DNA from: an uncultured Thermoleophilia bacterium
Lineage (GTDB): Bacteria; Actinomycetota; Thermoleophilia; UBA2241
Assembly: GCA_963713475.1 (NCBI GenBank)
Contig: CAVQLY010000023.1
Location: 52,909 to 116,908, forward strand
Length of the DNA: 64,000 nt
Direction of reading: 5' to 3'
Below are positions 50,776 to 59,635 of the stretch, in pieces (the stretch's first letter is position 1; every line of letters starts with the position of its first letter). The notes under the pieces are model-generated. The model saw nothing but the letters and a program-made list of their open reading frames with translations. It was not told the DNA's origin and ran no database searches. The translations under genes and the position numbers were made by a program.

Positions 50776-52482
50776 TCAGACCGAGTCCGCCTCGGCGACC
50801 GCGGTCTCGGCCATCGCCGTCTCGACTGCCGCGCCGCCGCCGGCGGGACCGGGCGCGGCGGCCTCCTGCTTCTGCTCGTCCGCGACGTGGCTGCGCAGCA
50901 GGAGCGCACACAGGCCGCCGATGACGGCGAGGATGACGGCCACGACGAAGGTGCTCGCGATGGCGTTCGTGAACCAGCCTCTGAACATGGTCTCCATCAT
51001 CGCCTTGGCCATGGCCGGCATGCTCGAGCCGCCGTCGGGGATGCTCATCTGCATCGACCCGCTGCCGGCGGCCGCGATGATCTTCTGCTTGAGGGCCTCG
51101 GGGATCTGGCTGATCGCCTGGACGCCCTCGGTGATGTTGGCGGTGATCCGGTTCTGCAGCACCGCTCCCAGGATGGCGATGCCCATCAGGCTGCCGACCT
51201 GGCGCGTCGTGGAGAGCACGCCGGAGGCGTTGCCGACGCGATCCTTCGGCGCCGTCGCCATGACCGCCGACGTCACCGGGGCGACGGCGAAGCCGATGCC
51301 GACGCCCGAGATGACGAAGGGCAGGATCAGGCTCGCGGAGGTCGTGTCCGGCGAGATCTTCTCCAGGCCGGGGATCAGGCCGGCCATCCAGGCCAGGCCG
51401 ATGGCCAGCAGGAACATGCCGGCGGCCACGATCCACTTGCTGCCGAGCCTGTCCGACAGGATCCCGGCCAGCGGCGCCGCGAAGATGATCACCACGGACA
51501 TGGGCGCCATCACGAGGCCCGCCTTGATCGCGCTGAAGCCCAGCACCGACTGCAGGAAGATCGGGATGGTGAAGAAGGCTCCCATCATCGCCGCGCTCAG
51601 CAGCAGGCCGGTGGCGTTGCCGGCCGCGAAGTTCAGGCTGCGGAACAGCGAGAAGTCGATCAGCGGCTGGCTCACGCGGTGCTCGCGCCAGTAGAAGAGC
51701 AGGAACGCCACGACGGCGCCGGCGAACAGACCGAGGATCGTGGCCGACGTCCAGCCGTACTTCTGGCCCTCGATCAGGGCGAACGTGAGGCAGAAGAGCG
51801 AGGCCGTGAGGAGGCCGACGCCGGGCAGGTCGAGCGACTTGACCGCCGTCGGGTTCTTGCTCTCGGGGACCAGGCGCAGGGTGAGCAGGACGCCGATGAC
51901 GCCGATGGGGATGTTGACGAGGAAGATCCAGCGCCAGCTGCCGGCGACGGAGGGCCACGTGACGTACTGGATGATGATGCCCCCGAGGACGGGGCCGAGG
52001 CCGGACGCCAGGCCGGAGACGCCGCCCCACACGCCCATCGCCGCGCCGCGCTTCTCCGGCGCGAACACGGTGGCGATGATGCTCAGCGTCGACGGCATCA
52101 TGGCCGCGCCGCCGATGCCCTGGATGACCCGGAAGGCGATGAGCAGATAGATGCTCGGGGCGAGGCCGCAGGCCAGCGACCCGAGCGTGAACAGCACCAT
52201 GCCGGCGAGGAAGAGCTTGCGCCGGCCCCAGAGGTCGCCGAAGCGCCCCATGGGGACGAGGAGGACGGCGAACGCCAGGATGTAGGCGTTCATCACCCAC
52301 TCGATGTTGCTGTACGTGGTGTCGTAGAAGGACTGGATGTGCGGGATGGCGATGTTCACGATCGTGCCGTCGAGCAGGATCATGAAGAGGCCGAGGCAGA
52401 GCACGGCCAGCACGGCCCAGGGGTTCCGCGCCGCGCCGGCCGGCCGGCGCTCGGCCGGCGTCACTGGCGTCGTGGTGGTCAT
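50776..52482 (-). CDS. MFS transporter, DHA2 (EmrB/QacA, 14-TM) family
   Basis: ATG at 52482 forms an ATGA overlap with the upstream marR stop. Sequence LGLFMILLDGTIVNIAIPHI and 14 predicted TM segments. Confidence 0.85.
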   Translation of the reverse strand: MTTTTPVTPAERRPAGAARNPWAVLAVLCLGLFMILLDGTIVNIAIPHIQSFYDTTYSNIEWVMNAYILAFAVLLVPMGRFGDLWGRRKLFLAGMVLFTLGSLACGLAPSIYLLIAFRVIQGIGGAAMMPSTLSIIATVFAPEKRGAAMGVWGGVSGLASGLGPVLGGIIIQYVTWPSVAGSWRWIFLVNIPIGVIGVLLTLRLVPESKNPTAVKSLDLPGVGLLTASLFCLTFALIEGQKYGWTSATILGLFAGAVVAFLLFYWREHRVSQPLIDFSLFRSLNFAAGNATGLLLSAAMMGAFFTIPIFLQSVLGFSAIKAGLVMAPMSVVIIFAAPLAGILSDRLGSKWIVAAGMFLLAIGLAWMAGLIPGLEKISPDTTSASLILPFVISGVGIGFAVAPVTSAVMATAPKDRVGNASGVLSTTRQVGSLMGIAILGAVLQNRITANITEGVQAISQIPEALKQKIIAAAGSGSMQMSIPDGGSSMPAMAKAMMETMFRGWFTNAIASTFVVAVILAVIGGLCALLLRSHVADEQKQEAAAPGPAGGGAAVETAMAETAVAEADSV

Positions 52483-52967
52483 GTGTCGTTTCGTCCTTTC
52501 AGCTGGGCGATGAGGGCGCCGAGGAAGGCGACCAGGGTGTCGGGGTCGATCTCCGGGAAGCGGGCGAAGACGGCGTCGAGGTGCCGGCGCCACTCGTCGT
52601 GCATCGACTCGGCGTACCGCTTCGCCTCGCCGGCGAGGCGGACGTGGATGACGCGCCGGTCGTCCGGATCCATCTCCCGGCGCACGACGTCCTTCTCGCT
52701 GAGCCGCGCGACGAGCTCGCTGGCGGCGGCGCGTGAGATCTCGAGGCCGTCGGCGAACTCTCCCATGGTCACCCGGTGACGGTGGGAGAGGAACACGACG
52801 GCCTCCATCTGGCGGCCGGTGAGCGGCTCCGCCGCCGCCGGCCGCAGCTCGTCGCGGTGATGGGGCGCGGATTCGTACAGCACGACCGCCAGCTCGGGGA
52901 GCAGGTGGGCGAGCTGGGCGGTCACGTCACCGGGGAGTGAGGGAGTCTGTCGCTGCGGGTGATTCAT
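52479..52967 (-). CDS. MarR family transcriptional regulator
   Basis: ATG at 52967. Sequence LTGRQMEAVVFLSHRHRVTMGEFADGLEISRAAASELVARLSEKDVVRRE. It is coupled to the MFS pump gene. Confidence 0.85.
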   Translation of the reverse strand: MNHPQRQTPSLPGDVTAQLAHLLPELAVVLYESAPHHRDELRPAAAEPLTGRQMEAVVFLSHRHRVTMGEFADGLEISRAAASELVARLSEKDVVRREMDPDDRRVIHVRLAGEAKRYAESMHDEWRRHLDAVFARFPEIDPDTLVAFLGALIAQLKGRNDT

Positions 52968-53034
52968 TTCGGTACCCGAAGTATACGGGACCCGAAGCGT
53001 TCCCGCAACAGCCTGCAGGTACACTCGTCCATCA

Positions 53035-53751
53035 GTGATCCCGCTCCACGACGACAACCCGGCGCGCCGCTTCCCCGCCGTGACCGCGGCACTCATCGCC
53101 GCCAACGTGGCCGTCTTCGGCGTCCAGCTCTTCCTCCCCCGCTGGGGGATCACCGAGCAGGGCTGGTTCTACCTGCTGGGGGCGCGTCCGTTCGAGCTCA
53201 CGCGGCACATGGACGTGCCGCCGTTCGACTGGTTCCCGTTCTGGGCGACGCTGTTCACGTCCCTCTTCGTGCACGGCGGGTGGCTGCACCTCATCGTCAA
53301 CATGTGGTACCTCTGGCTGTTCGGCGCCAGCGTCGAGGACGCGATGACCCGGCCACGGTTCGTCCTCTTCTACCTCGTCTGCGGGCTGGTGGCGACGACG
53401 GCGCAGGTCCTCGTCGCCCCCGCGAGCGAGGTGCCGCTGATCGGCGCCAGCGGAGCGATCGCCGGCGTCCTCGGCGGCTACCTCGTGCTCTTCCCGCGGC
53501 AGCGCGTGCTCACCGTGATCCCGCTCATCGTCATCTGGCCGGTGTTCGAGGTGCCCGCCTGGATCCTGCTCGTCATCTGGTTCGTGGTGCAGGGCGTCGG
53601 CGGGCTGCAGTCGTACGCCTCGGGAGATGCTGGCATCGCGTTCTTCGCTCACATCGGCGGCTTCGTCGCCGGCATGGCGCTCGTGCTGCTGTTCGCGCGG
53701 CGGCGCCCGCGCGCCCGGCGCCGCGCCGCAGGCGCCCGGCGCCGGGTGTAA
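53035..53751 (+). CDS. Rhomboid family intramembrane serine protease
   Basis: HGGWLHLIVNMWYLWLFG, catalytic GASGAIAG, and AHIGGFVAG. Confidence 0.85.
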   Translation: MIPLHDDNPARRFPAVTAALIAANVAVFGVQLFLPRWGITEQGWFYLLGARPFELTRHMDVPPFDWFPFWATLFTSLFVHGGWLHLIVNMWYLWLFGASVEDAMTRPRFVLFYLVCGLVATTAQVLVAPASEVPLIGASGAIAGVLGGYLVLFPRQRVLTVIPLIVIWPVFEVPAWILLVIWFVVQGVGGLQSYASGDAGIAFFAHIGGFVAGMALVLLFARRRPRARRRAAGARRRV

Positions 53752-53797
53752 GCTTGCCCGCATCAGTCCTCACGACCGCCGGGGCCGCCGGTCCGCC

Positions 53798-54613
53798 ATG
53801 ATCGCCGACTACCACATCCACACTCGTCTGTGCCGCCACGCGGTGGGAGAGCCGCGCGAGTACGTGGAGCGCGCGATCGAGCTGGGGATGCCGGAGATGG
53901 GGTTCGCCGACCACCTGCCGTTCCTCGGCGGCTGGGAGCCTCGCCACGACCTCACCGACGATTGGGCGATGGGCCTGGACGAGCTGGACGGCTACGTCGC
54001 GCTGGTCCAGGGGCTCGCGCGCGAGTACGCGGACGACGTCCGCATCATCCTCGGCATCGAGGCCGACTTCATCCCCGAGACGATGGAGCAGACCGGGGCC
54101 GTGCTCGAGCAGTATCCCTTCGAGTACGTCATCGGCTCCGTGCACATCATCGGCGACCGCTTCGGGTTCGATCATCCGGAGATGGCCGGCCGCCTCGCCG
54201 AGTACGGAATCGACCGCATCCACCTCGAGAGCCTCGAGCTCACCCGGCAGGCGGCCGAGTCCGGGCTCTTCGACGTCATCGGCCACTTCGATCACGCCAA
54301 GAAGTTCGGGCCGCCGGAGGACGAGGAGGCCGTGGCGGCCGCCGCGAGCGCGGCGCTCCGCGCCGTCTCGGCGGCCGGCATGCTCCTCGAGCTCAACACC
54401 GGCGGCCTGCGCAAGCCCGTCGGCGAGCCGTTTCCCGGGCCGGCGCTGCTGGCCGAGGCGAGAGCCCTCCGCATCCCGCTCGTCTTCGGCTCGGACGCCC
54501 ACCGGCCCGGCGACGTCGGCCACGGCTTCGATCTCGCCGCCGACCTCGCCGGGCGGGCCGGCTACGACGGCGTCATGAGCATCTCCGGCGACGCGGAAGA
54601 AGCGCTGGCATGA
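53798..54613 (+). CDS. PHP-domain histidinol-phosphatase family (HisJ-like) hydrolase
   Basis: ATG at 53798. Sequence MIADYHIHTRLCRHA.., ..GSVH.., ..IGHFD.., ..GSDAHRP. Confidence 0.75.
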   Translation: MIADYHIHTRLCRHAVGEPREYVERAIELGMPEMGFADHLPFLGGWEPRHDLTDDWAMGLDELDGYVALVQGLAREYADDVRIILGIEADFIPETMEQTGAVLEQYPFEYVIGSVHIIGDRFGFDHPEMAGRLAEYGIDRIHLESLELTRQAAESGLFDVIGHFDHAKKFGPPEDEEAVAAAASAALRAVSAAGMLLELNTGGLRKPVGEPFPGPALLAEARALRIPLVFGSDAHRPGDVGHGFDLAADLAGRAGYDGVMSISGDAEEALA

Positions 54614-55500
54614 CTCACGCCGGCCAGCGCATCGCCGCCGTCTTCAATCCGCACTCGGGCGGCGGGGGCTACAAACGCGACGTGCCGCTCATCTTCTCCG
54701 CCCTTCGCGGCCTCGGGTACGTCGTCGAGGAACTGCAGACGCAGGAGCCCGGCGACGCCAGCCGCCTCGCCCGCGAGGCGGTGAGCGCCGGGTTCGACAT
54801 CGTCTGTGCGGTCGGCGGCGACGGCACCGTCAACGAGACCATCAACGGCCTCGCCGGCAGCGACGTCCCGCTCGCCATCATCCCCACCGGCACCGTCAAC
54901 GTGCTGGCGATGGAGCTCGGCATCCCGCTCGAGCCGCCGGACGCGGTCAAGCTCCTCGAGGCCGGCACGATCTCGTGGATCGACCTCGGGCTCGCCGGCG
55001 ACCGCTACTTCGGGCTCATGGCCGGCGTCGGCATGGACGCCGCCGTCGTCGCCTCGCTCAACCCCACGATGAAGAAGGCGCTCAAGGAGGCGGCGTTCGC
55101 CGTGCAGGGCCTCGGCACCTACCTCACCCACGAGGACCCTCTCTTCCGTGTCACCTGCAAGGAGCGCACGGTGGAGGGCTACTTCGCCGTGTTCGGCAAC
55201 TCGTCCAACTACGGCGGCGCGTTCGGCATCACGCCGCTCGCCGACATGCGCGACGGGCTGCTGGACGTCTGCGTCCTCAAGGACAAGTCGTTCGTCAGTA
55301 CGGTCTGGTACTGGACCGCCGCGCTGATCAACGCCCACATCAAGCATCCCAAAGTCGAGTACTTCCGCACCGAGAGTGCCGTGATCGAGACGGTGGAGGG
55401 GAACAAGGAGGTCCTCGTGCAGACCGACGGTGAAGTGGCCGGCAAGCTGCCGATGGAGTGCAAGGTCGTGCCGCGCGCGTTGCGCGTCGTGGTGCCGTGA
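54610..55500 (+). CDS. Diacylglycerol kinase family lipid kinase (YegS/BmrU-like)
   Basis: ATGA overlap with the previous gene. Motifs VGGDGTVNE and IPTGTVNVLA. Confidence 0.85.
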   Translation: MTHAGQRIAAVFNPHSGGGGYKRDVPLIFSALRGLGYVVEELQTQEPGDASRLAREAVSAGFDIVCAVGGDGTVNETINGLAGSDVPLAIIPTGTVNVLAMELGIPLEPPDAVKLLEAGTISWIDLGLAGDRYFGLMAGVGMDAAVVASLNPTMKKALKEAAFAVQGLGTYLTHEDPLFRVTCKERTVEGYFAVFGNSSNYGGAFGITPLADMRDGLLDVCVLKDKSFVSTVWYWTAALINAHIKHPKVEYFRTESAVIETVEGNKEVLVQTDGEVAGKLPMECKVVPRALRVVVP

Positions 55501-55510
55501 CCGTCTCGCC

Positions 55511-56965
55511 ATGATCCCGCGGATCACCACACCCCCGGCGGCCGAGCTCGACGCCATCCACGAGGCCACGCTGCGCGTACTTGCGGACGTCGGCGTCACG
55601 TTCCCCGACGCCGGCGCGCAGGCGTTGCTGGCCGGCGCCGGCGCGGCTGTGGATCCGGACACCGGCCGCGTGCGCATACCGGCGCGGCTCGTCGAGGACG
55701 CGCTGGCGGCCGCTCCGCGCGAGGTGCTCCTCGCCGGGCGCGACCCGGCGGCGGACGTACTCTGTGACGGAAGCGACGTGCACCTCACGCTCGACGGCAC
55801 CGGCGCGTACACGCTCGACCACCGCAGCGGCGAGCGGCGCCCGTCCACGATGCAGGACCTCGCCGACGCGACGCTGGTCGCGGACGCGGCGAACGAGGTG
55901 GGCGTCGTCTGGAACATCGTGAGCGCCGCCGACGCGCCGGCCAACACCCAGGTGCTGAACGAGCTCGTCGCCATCCTCACGCACACCGGCAAGCACATCC
56001 AGGGTGAGGTCCAGCGCGCCGAGGAGGTGCCGTTCGTCATGGAGATCCTGGCGGCGGCCGCCCCCGGCGGCCGCTGGGACCCGGCGCGGCCGTTCTTCTC
56101 CATCGTCTACTGCCCGGTGCCGCCGCTGCAGCACGAGCCGGAGATGCTCGGCGCCGGTCTCGCGCTGGCGCGCGAGGGCGTGCCCATGTGTGTGTACAGC
56201 ATGGGGCTCGCCGGGGCCACGGCGCCGGTCACGCTCGCCGGCGCCGCGATGCAGGCCAACGCTGAGATCCTCAGCTCCATCGTCCTGTTCCAGCTCGCGC
56301 GTCCGGGGCTCGGCTGCGTCTACGTCGCCGACACCGGCGTCATGGACATGCGCGCCGGCGCGTACGCGGCGGCCGCGCCGGAGTCGGTGCTGCTCACGCA
56401 GGCGATGGTCGGGCTGGCCCGCCGCTACGACCTGCCGGTCATGGCGACGGGGCTGACCGGCGACGCCAACGAGTCCTCGTTCATGAGCGGGAGCGACGCC
56501 GGGATGACGGCGCTCACCTCGGCGCTCATGGATCCCGACCTGCTGTGCGGCGCCGGCATGCACGACGGCGCCCAGATGCTGTCGCTGCCCAAGATCCTGC
56601 TGGACTGCGAGCTCTTCCGGCAGTGCCGGCGCGTGCGCGCCGGCCTCGAGGTCGACGCCGAGCACCTCATGGAGGAGGTCGTCGCCTCCGTCGGGCCCGG
56701 CGGCCACTTCCTGCGGGCCCGGGAGACGCGGCAGTTCCTGCGCCGCGGCGAGCTGTATGCGCCGCGGCTGCTGGCGCGGGAGCCGTTCGAGTCGTGGAGC
56801 GCCGCGCGCACGGCGGAGACGCGGCGCTCGGCCGAAGAGCAGCGCGCCGTCGCGGCCGTCGAGGAGATCCTCGCGACGCACCGCCCCCTGCCGCTGCCGG
56901 CCGGGGCGGAGGAGCGCATCGCCGCCGCCGTCGCGGCCGCCGGCCGCGAGCTGGGCGGCCGCTGA
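55511..56965 (+). CDS. MttB superfamily (trimethylamine methyltransferase-like) protein, non-pyrrolysine, paralog 2
   Basis: ATG at 55511 lies inside track ORF 55430..56965. The protein is colinear with 24329..25852 and has no in-frame amber codon. Confidence 0.75.
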   Translation: MIPRITTPPAAELDAIHEATLRVLADVGVTFPDAGAQALLAGAGAAVDPDTGRVRIPARLVEDALAAAPREVLLAGRDPAADVLCDGSDVHLTLDGTGAYTLDHRSGERRPSTMQDLADATLVADAANEVGVVWNIVSAADAPANTQVLNELVAILTHTGKHIQGEVQRAEEVPFVMEILAAAAPGGRWDPARPFFSIVYCPVPPLQHEPEMLGAGLALAREGVPMCVYSMGLAGATAPVTLAGAAMQANAEILSSIVLFQLARPGLGCVYVADTGVMDMRAGAYAAAAPESVLLTQAMVGLARRYDLPVMATGLTGDANESSFMSGSDAGMTALTSALMDPDLLCGAGMHDGAQMLSLPKILLDCELFRQCRRVRAGLEVDAEHLMEEVVASVGPGGHFLRARETRQFLRRGELYAPRLLAREPFESWSAARTAETRRSAEEQRAVAAVEEILATHRPLPLPAGAEERIAAAVAAAGRELGGR

Positions 56966-57026
56966 GACGCGGCGGCCGCCGGCCGGGGCGCTGCGCGCTC
57001 CCGGCCGGCGGCCGCCGGATGCCTTC

Positions 57027-57668
57027 TTAGAGGCCCATCACCTGCGCGAGCTGGCGCAGGCGCTCCATGTACTCCTTGCGGACCTTGGGGTCGCGCTCCC
57101 GCAGCTCGTCCGGCGTCGCCACCGGCACGACCTTGAACGACGGGTTGTCGAAGAGCTTCAGCTCGAGCGAGTCGCCTGCCTCGTACGGCCGGCTCTTGAA
57201 CAGCTTGCCGAGCAGGAAGCGCGTCGTCTCTTCGCCGACCGTGAGCACGTAGTGCGGCGTCGTGATCGTGAGCTCCTTGGAGAGGTGCCCGTAGCAGTTC
57301 TCGAGCTCCTGGGGGAGAGGGCCGCGCACGTCGGAGCCGCTGCGCGGCACGCACTTCGCCAGCGTCGTGACGTACACCTTGTCACGGCTCTTCGCGAGCG
57401 CCGGCATGAACTCGGCGAGGTCGGCGAGCAGCGACTCGCCGGCGAGCCCGCCGTCCTCTTCGTCCGTGGGGTCGGACGCGAGTGAGACGAGCATCACCGT
57501 GCAGTGCGGGTGGCCGCCTCCGGGTACGGCGCGGAGCCGGCTCGCCACGAGTTCTTCGCAGCGGGTGCACTCGCCGACGCTCCGCGCCAGGTTGTCCAGC
57601 TGTTCGACCGCGTCTTCCATGAGAGTCTCCTTGGTCGGTCCGGCCGGCTGCGCCGGCCGGGCGGTCAC
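57027..57668 (-). CDS. Uracil-DNA glycosylase superfamily (family 4-like fold) protein with divergent catalytic motifs
   Basis: ECTRCEEL.., VYVTTLAKCVP and ENCYGHL align with family-4 UDGs. However, motif A GE(A/G)PG reads SLASDP, and motif B H-P-(S/A) reads T-P-D. The GTG at 57668 overlaps the Roadblock stop (GTGA). An alternative start is ATG 57620. Confidence 0.6.
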   Translation of the reverse strand: MTARPAQPAGPTKETLMEDAVEQLDNLARSVGECTRCEELVASRLRAVPGGGHPHCTVMLVSLASDPTDEEDGGLAGESLLADLAEFMPALAKSRDKVYVTTLAKCVPRSGSDVRGPLPQELENCYGHLSKELTITTPHYVLTVGEETTRFLLGKLFKSRPYEAGDSLELKLFDNPSFKVVPVATPDELRERDPKVRKEYMERLRQLAQVMGL

Positions 57669-58006
57669 GCGCCTGGTCTGATGAGGCGGTACTCGCAGGC
57701 GAGGGCGCTGGGCGCGCCGGCGAGCACGAGCATGAGCTCGCTGTCGAAGGGAGCGAGCACGAGGTTGAGGTCGTCGAAATCGACCGAGATGTACTTGGCT
57801 TCGGGCTGCCGCAGCTCGCGCGCGAGCCGGGCGCCGATGTCGATCACGCCGGCCACCTGGGCGGCGACGGCGTCGGCATTGAAGGCAGGGTCGGCGTCGG
57901 CGGCGATCACGAACCCGTCTCGGGAGATGAGCAGGGCGGCGACGATCCCGGGCGTCTCCCGGTACGGCGCCAGCTGGGCGGCGAGGATGTCGGCCTGATC
58001 GGTCAT
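57665..58006 (-). CDS. Roadblock/LC7 (MglB-like) domain protein
   Basis: 113 aa: ETPGIVAALLISRDGFVIAA..DAVAAQVAGVIDIGARLAREL..ISVDFDDLNLVLAPFDSELMLVLAG. Confidence 0.75.
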   Translation of the reverse strand: MTDQADILAAQLAPYRETPGIVAALLISRDGFVIAADADPAFNADAVAAQVAGVIDIGARLARELRQPEAKYISVDFDDLNLVLAPFDSELMLVLAGAPSALACEYRLIRPGA

Positions 58007-58302
58007 GACGCCTCCAAGGCGGTCTCGAGTTGGCTGCGCACGGCGCCCGCGAAGGCCTGCGCGGCCGCCGCGTCGTCGAAGCTCCGGGAAAGGCCGTCCC
58101 GCCTGCCGGCCAGTTCGCTCAGGAAGATGCTCGTGCGAGGGACGGGGGAGCCGTCGGCGTCCGGCAGGGCTCCGTCCAGCGGAAGCTGGATGAGAGTGTC
58201 GCCGCTCACGAACAGCCGGCTGGTCTCACGCCCCGAGAGCCGTACCTTGACCTGTACGGCCACGCCCTCGGGCACCTGCCGGCTGGTGATGTCGATCTCC
58301 AC
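58003..58302 (-). CDS. 99-aa protein, unknown function
   Basis: GTG start placed 6 nt after a -10 box, suggesting a leaderless transcript. ATGA overlap with the Roadblock gene. GC3 is high. I recognise no family. Confidence 0.55.
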   Translation of the reverse strand: MEIDITSRQVPEGVAVQVKVRLSGRETSRLFVSGDTLIQLPLDGALPDADGSPVPRTSIFLSELAGRRDGLSRSFDDAAAAQAFAGAVRSQLETALEAS

Positions 58303-58308
58303 AACCGA

Positions 58309-58337
58309 AGACTAGCGAGGCGCATGGGGAGTGGCAA
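58309..58337 (-). promoter_or_regulatory. Promoter of the leaderless 99-aa/Roadblock/UDG-like operon
   Basis: On the minus strand: TTGCCA (58337..58332), 17-nt spacer, TAGTCT (58314..58309), 6 nt, GTG (58302). Confidence 0.5.
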
Positions 58338-58414
58338 GACGCGGGCCGTCTCGGCCCGCGCGATCATCGACTGATGGAGCGGTCCGGACCGGCGGTGCCC
58401 CGTACGCGCACCGA

Positions 58415-59413
58415 CTACTGAGCTGCCGCCAGCGGGACGACGGTGCCGGCGACCTCGACGGTCGCCGGTGTGGGGAGGGCTTCGTCGCGGGCGGCGGCGA
58501 GGAGGTCCTCGATGCGCCGTACCGTCGGGAACGAGGAGGCGCCGGTGGCCAGCGTCTGCCGGCGCCCGGCGATGAGGTTGGCGCTGACTTCGTGGGCGAG
58601 TTCTGCCGCCGCTTGCCGAGCCTCGCCGAGGGAGAGGCCGGGCAGCACCAGCACGAGGCTGTCGGGCCGCACCCTGAAGGCGCGCCCGTCGGCGCCGGCG
58701 CGCCGCTCGGCACGCCGCGCCACGCCGCGGACCAGTTCCTCGCTGCCCTGGGCGCCGAGGAAGTTGCGGCTGTCCTCGTAGTGCTCCAGCCGCACGAACA
58801 CCACGCTCAGCGGCAGATGCTCTTCGAGCGCAGTCGCCGTGGTCGTCTCGAGGAACCCCGGCAGGCACGCGGCCGTGGAGAGGCCGGTGCTGACGTCGAC
58901 CTTGGGGGCGTGCTGCTGCCGCCTGTGGGCGGCGGCCGGACGGCGCCTGAGCCGCGTCGCCGCGACGCAGCCGCCGGCGACCAGCACGGCCACCTTGGCG
59001 ACGGACAAGAAGCGGCTGCCGGCGAGCGACGGATCCGCGATCACGAGGACGACGACGAGCAGCAGGGACGGCCCGACGAGGAACGGCCACTCGGCCCGTG
59101 GCGCGCCGGCGAGCTGGCCCATCGCCAGGAACGGCACCGTGACGAGCAGCCAGCTCTCGGCGCCGCCCGAGAGCGCGAGCGCGATGCCGAGGAGCGCCCA
59201 GTCGAGCACCACGAACGTGTGCGCGAGCTCCGCCGGCCGTTTGCCCGCGACGCGGATCGACCACACGCCGACGAGGGCGCCGGCCAGGGCAGGAGCGGCG
59301 GCGGCCCGGTGTCCCAGCGCCAGTGCGAGCGCGGTGAGGAACAGGAAGAAGAGGGTCCGGTAGCGTGCTCGCAGGAGTGCCGGGTCGCGGCGTCTGCGAG
59401 GGGGACGGCTCAC
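58415..59413 (-). CDS. About six-TM membrane protein with a degenerate GGDEF-like cytoplasmic domain
   Basis: VDVSTGLSTAACLPGFLE.., ..LSVVFVRLEHYEDSRNFLGAQGSEELVRGVA.. and ..FRVRPDSLVLVLPG follow the GGDEF-domain pattern. The GGDEF signature itself is replaced by RPDSL. Confidence 0.6.
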   Translation of the reverse strand: MSRPPRRRRDPALLRARYRTLFFLFLTALALALGHRAAAAPALAGALVGVWSIRVAGKRPAELAHTFVVLDWALLGIALALSGGAESWLLVTVPFLAMGQLAGAPRAEWPFLVGPSLLLVVVLVIADPSLAGSRFLSVAKVAVLVAGGCVAATRLRRRPAAAHRRQQHAPKVDVSTGLSTAACLPGFLETTTATALEEHLPLSVVFVRLEHYEDSRNFLGAQGSEELVRGVARRAERRAGADGRAFRVRPDSLVLVLPGLSLGEARQAAAELAHEVSANLIAGRRQTLATGASSFPTVRRIEDLLAAARDEALPTPATVEVAGTVVPLAAAQ

Positions 59414-59635
59414 TCGAAGCTCGTCCGAGTCATGCGAGGCGTGAAGGGTGCGCGCTGCATGCCGTGACTATTCTGACAGGTCGGGCCGAATCCTTCAACG
59501 TCTAGTTAAGGGTTTGGGTTGAGACCGGGATGTGCATTATCGCGCGTTGGCGGCCGCCCTCTCGCCGGGCGACGGATCCCCGAGCCCCCGGAGAGTGGCG
59601 CGGGAGGCTCCGCCTCGGCTAGAATCGTTCCCCCC

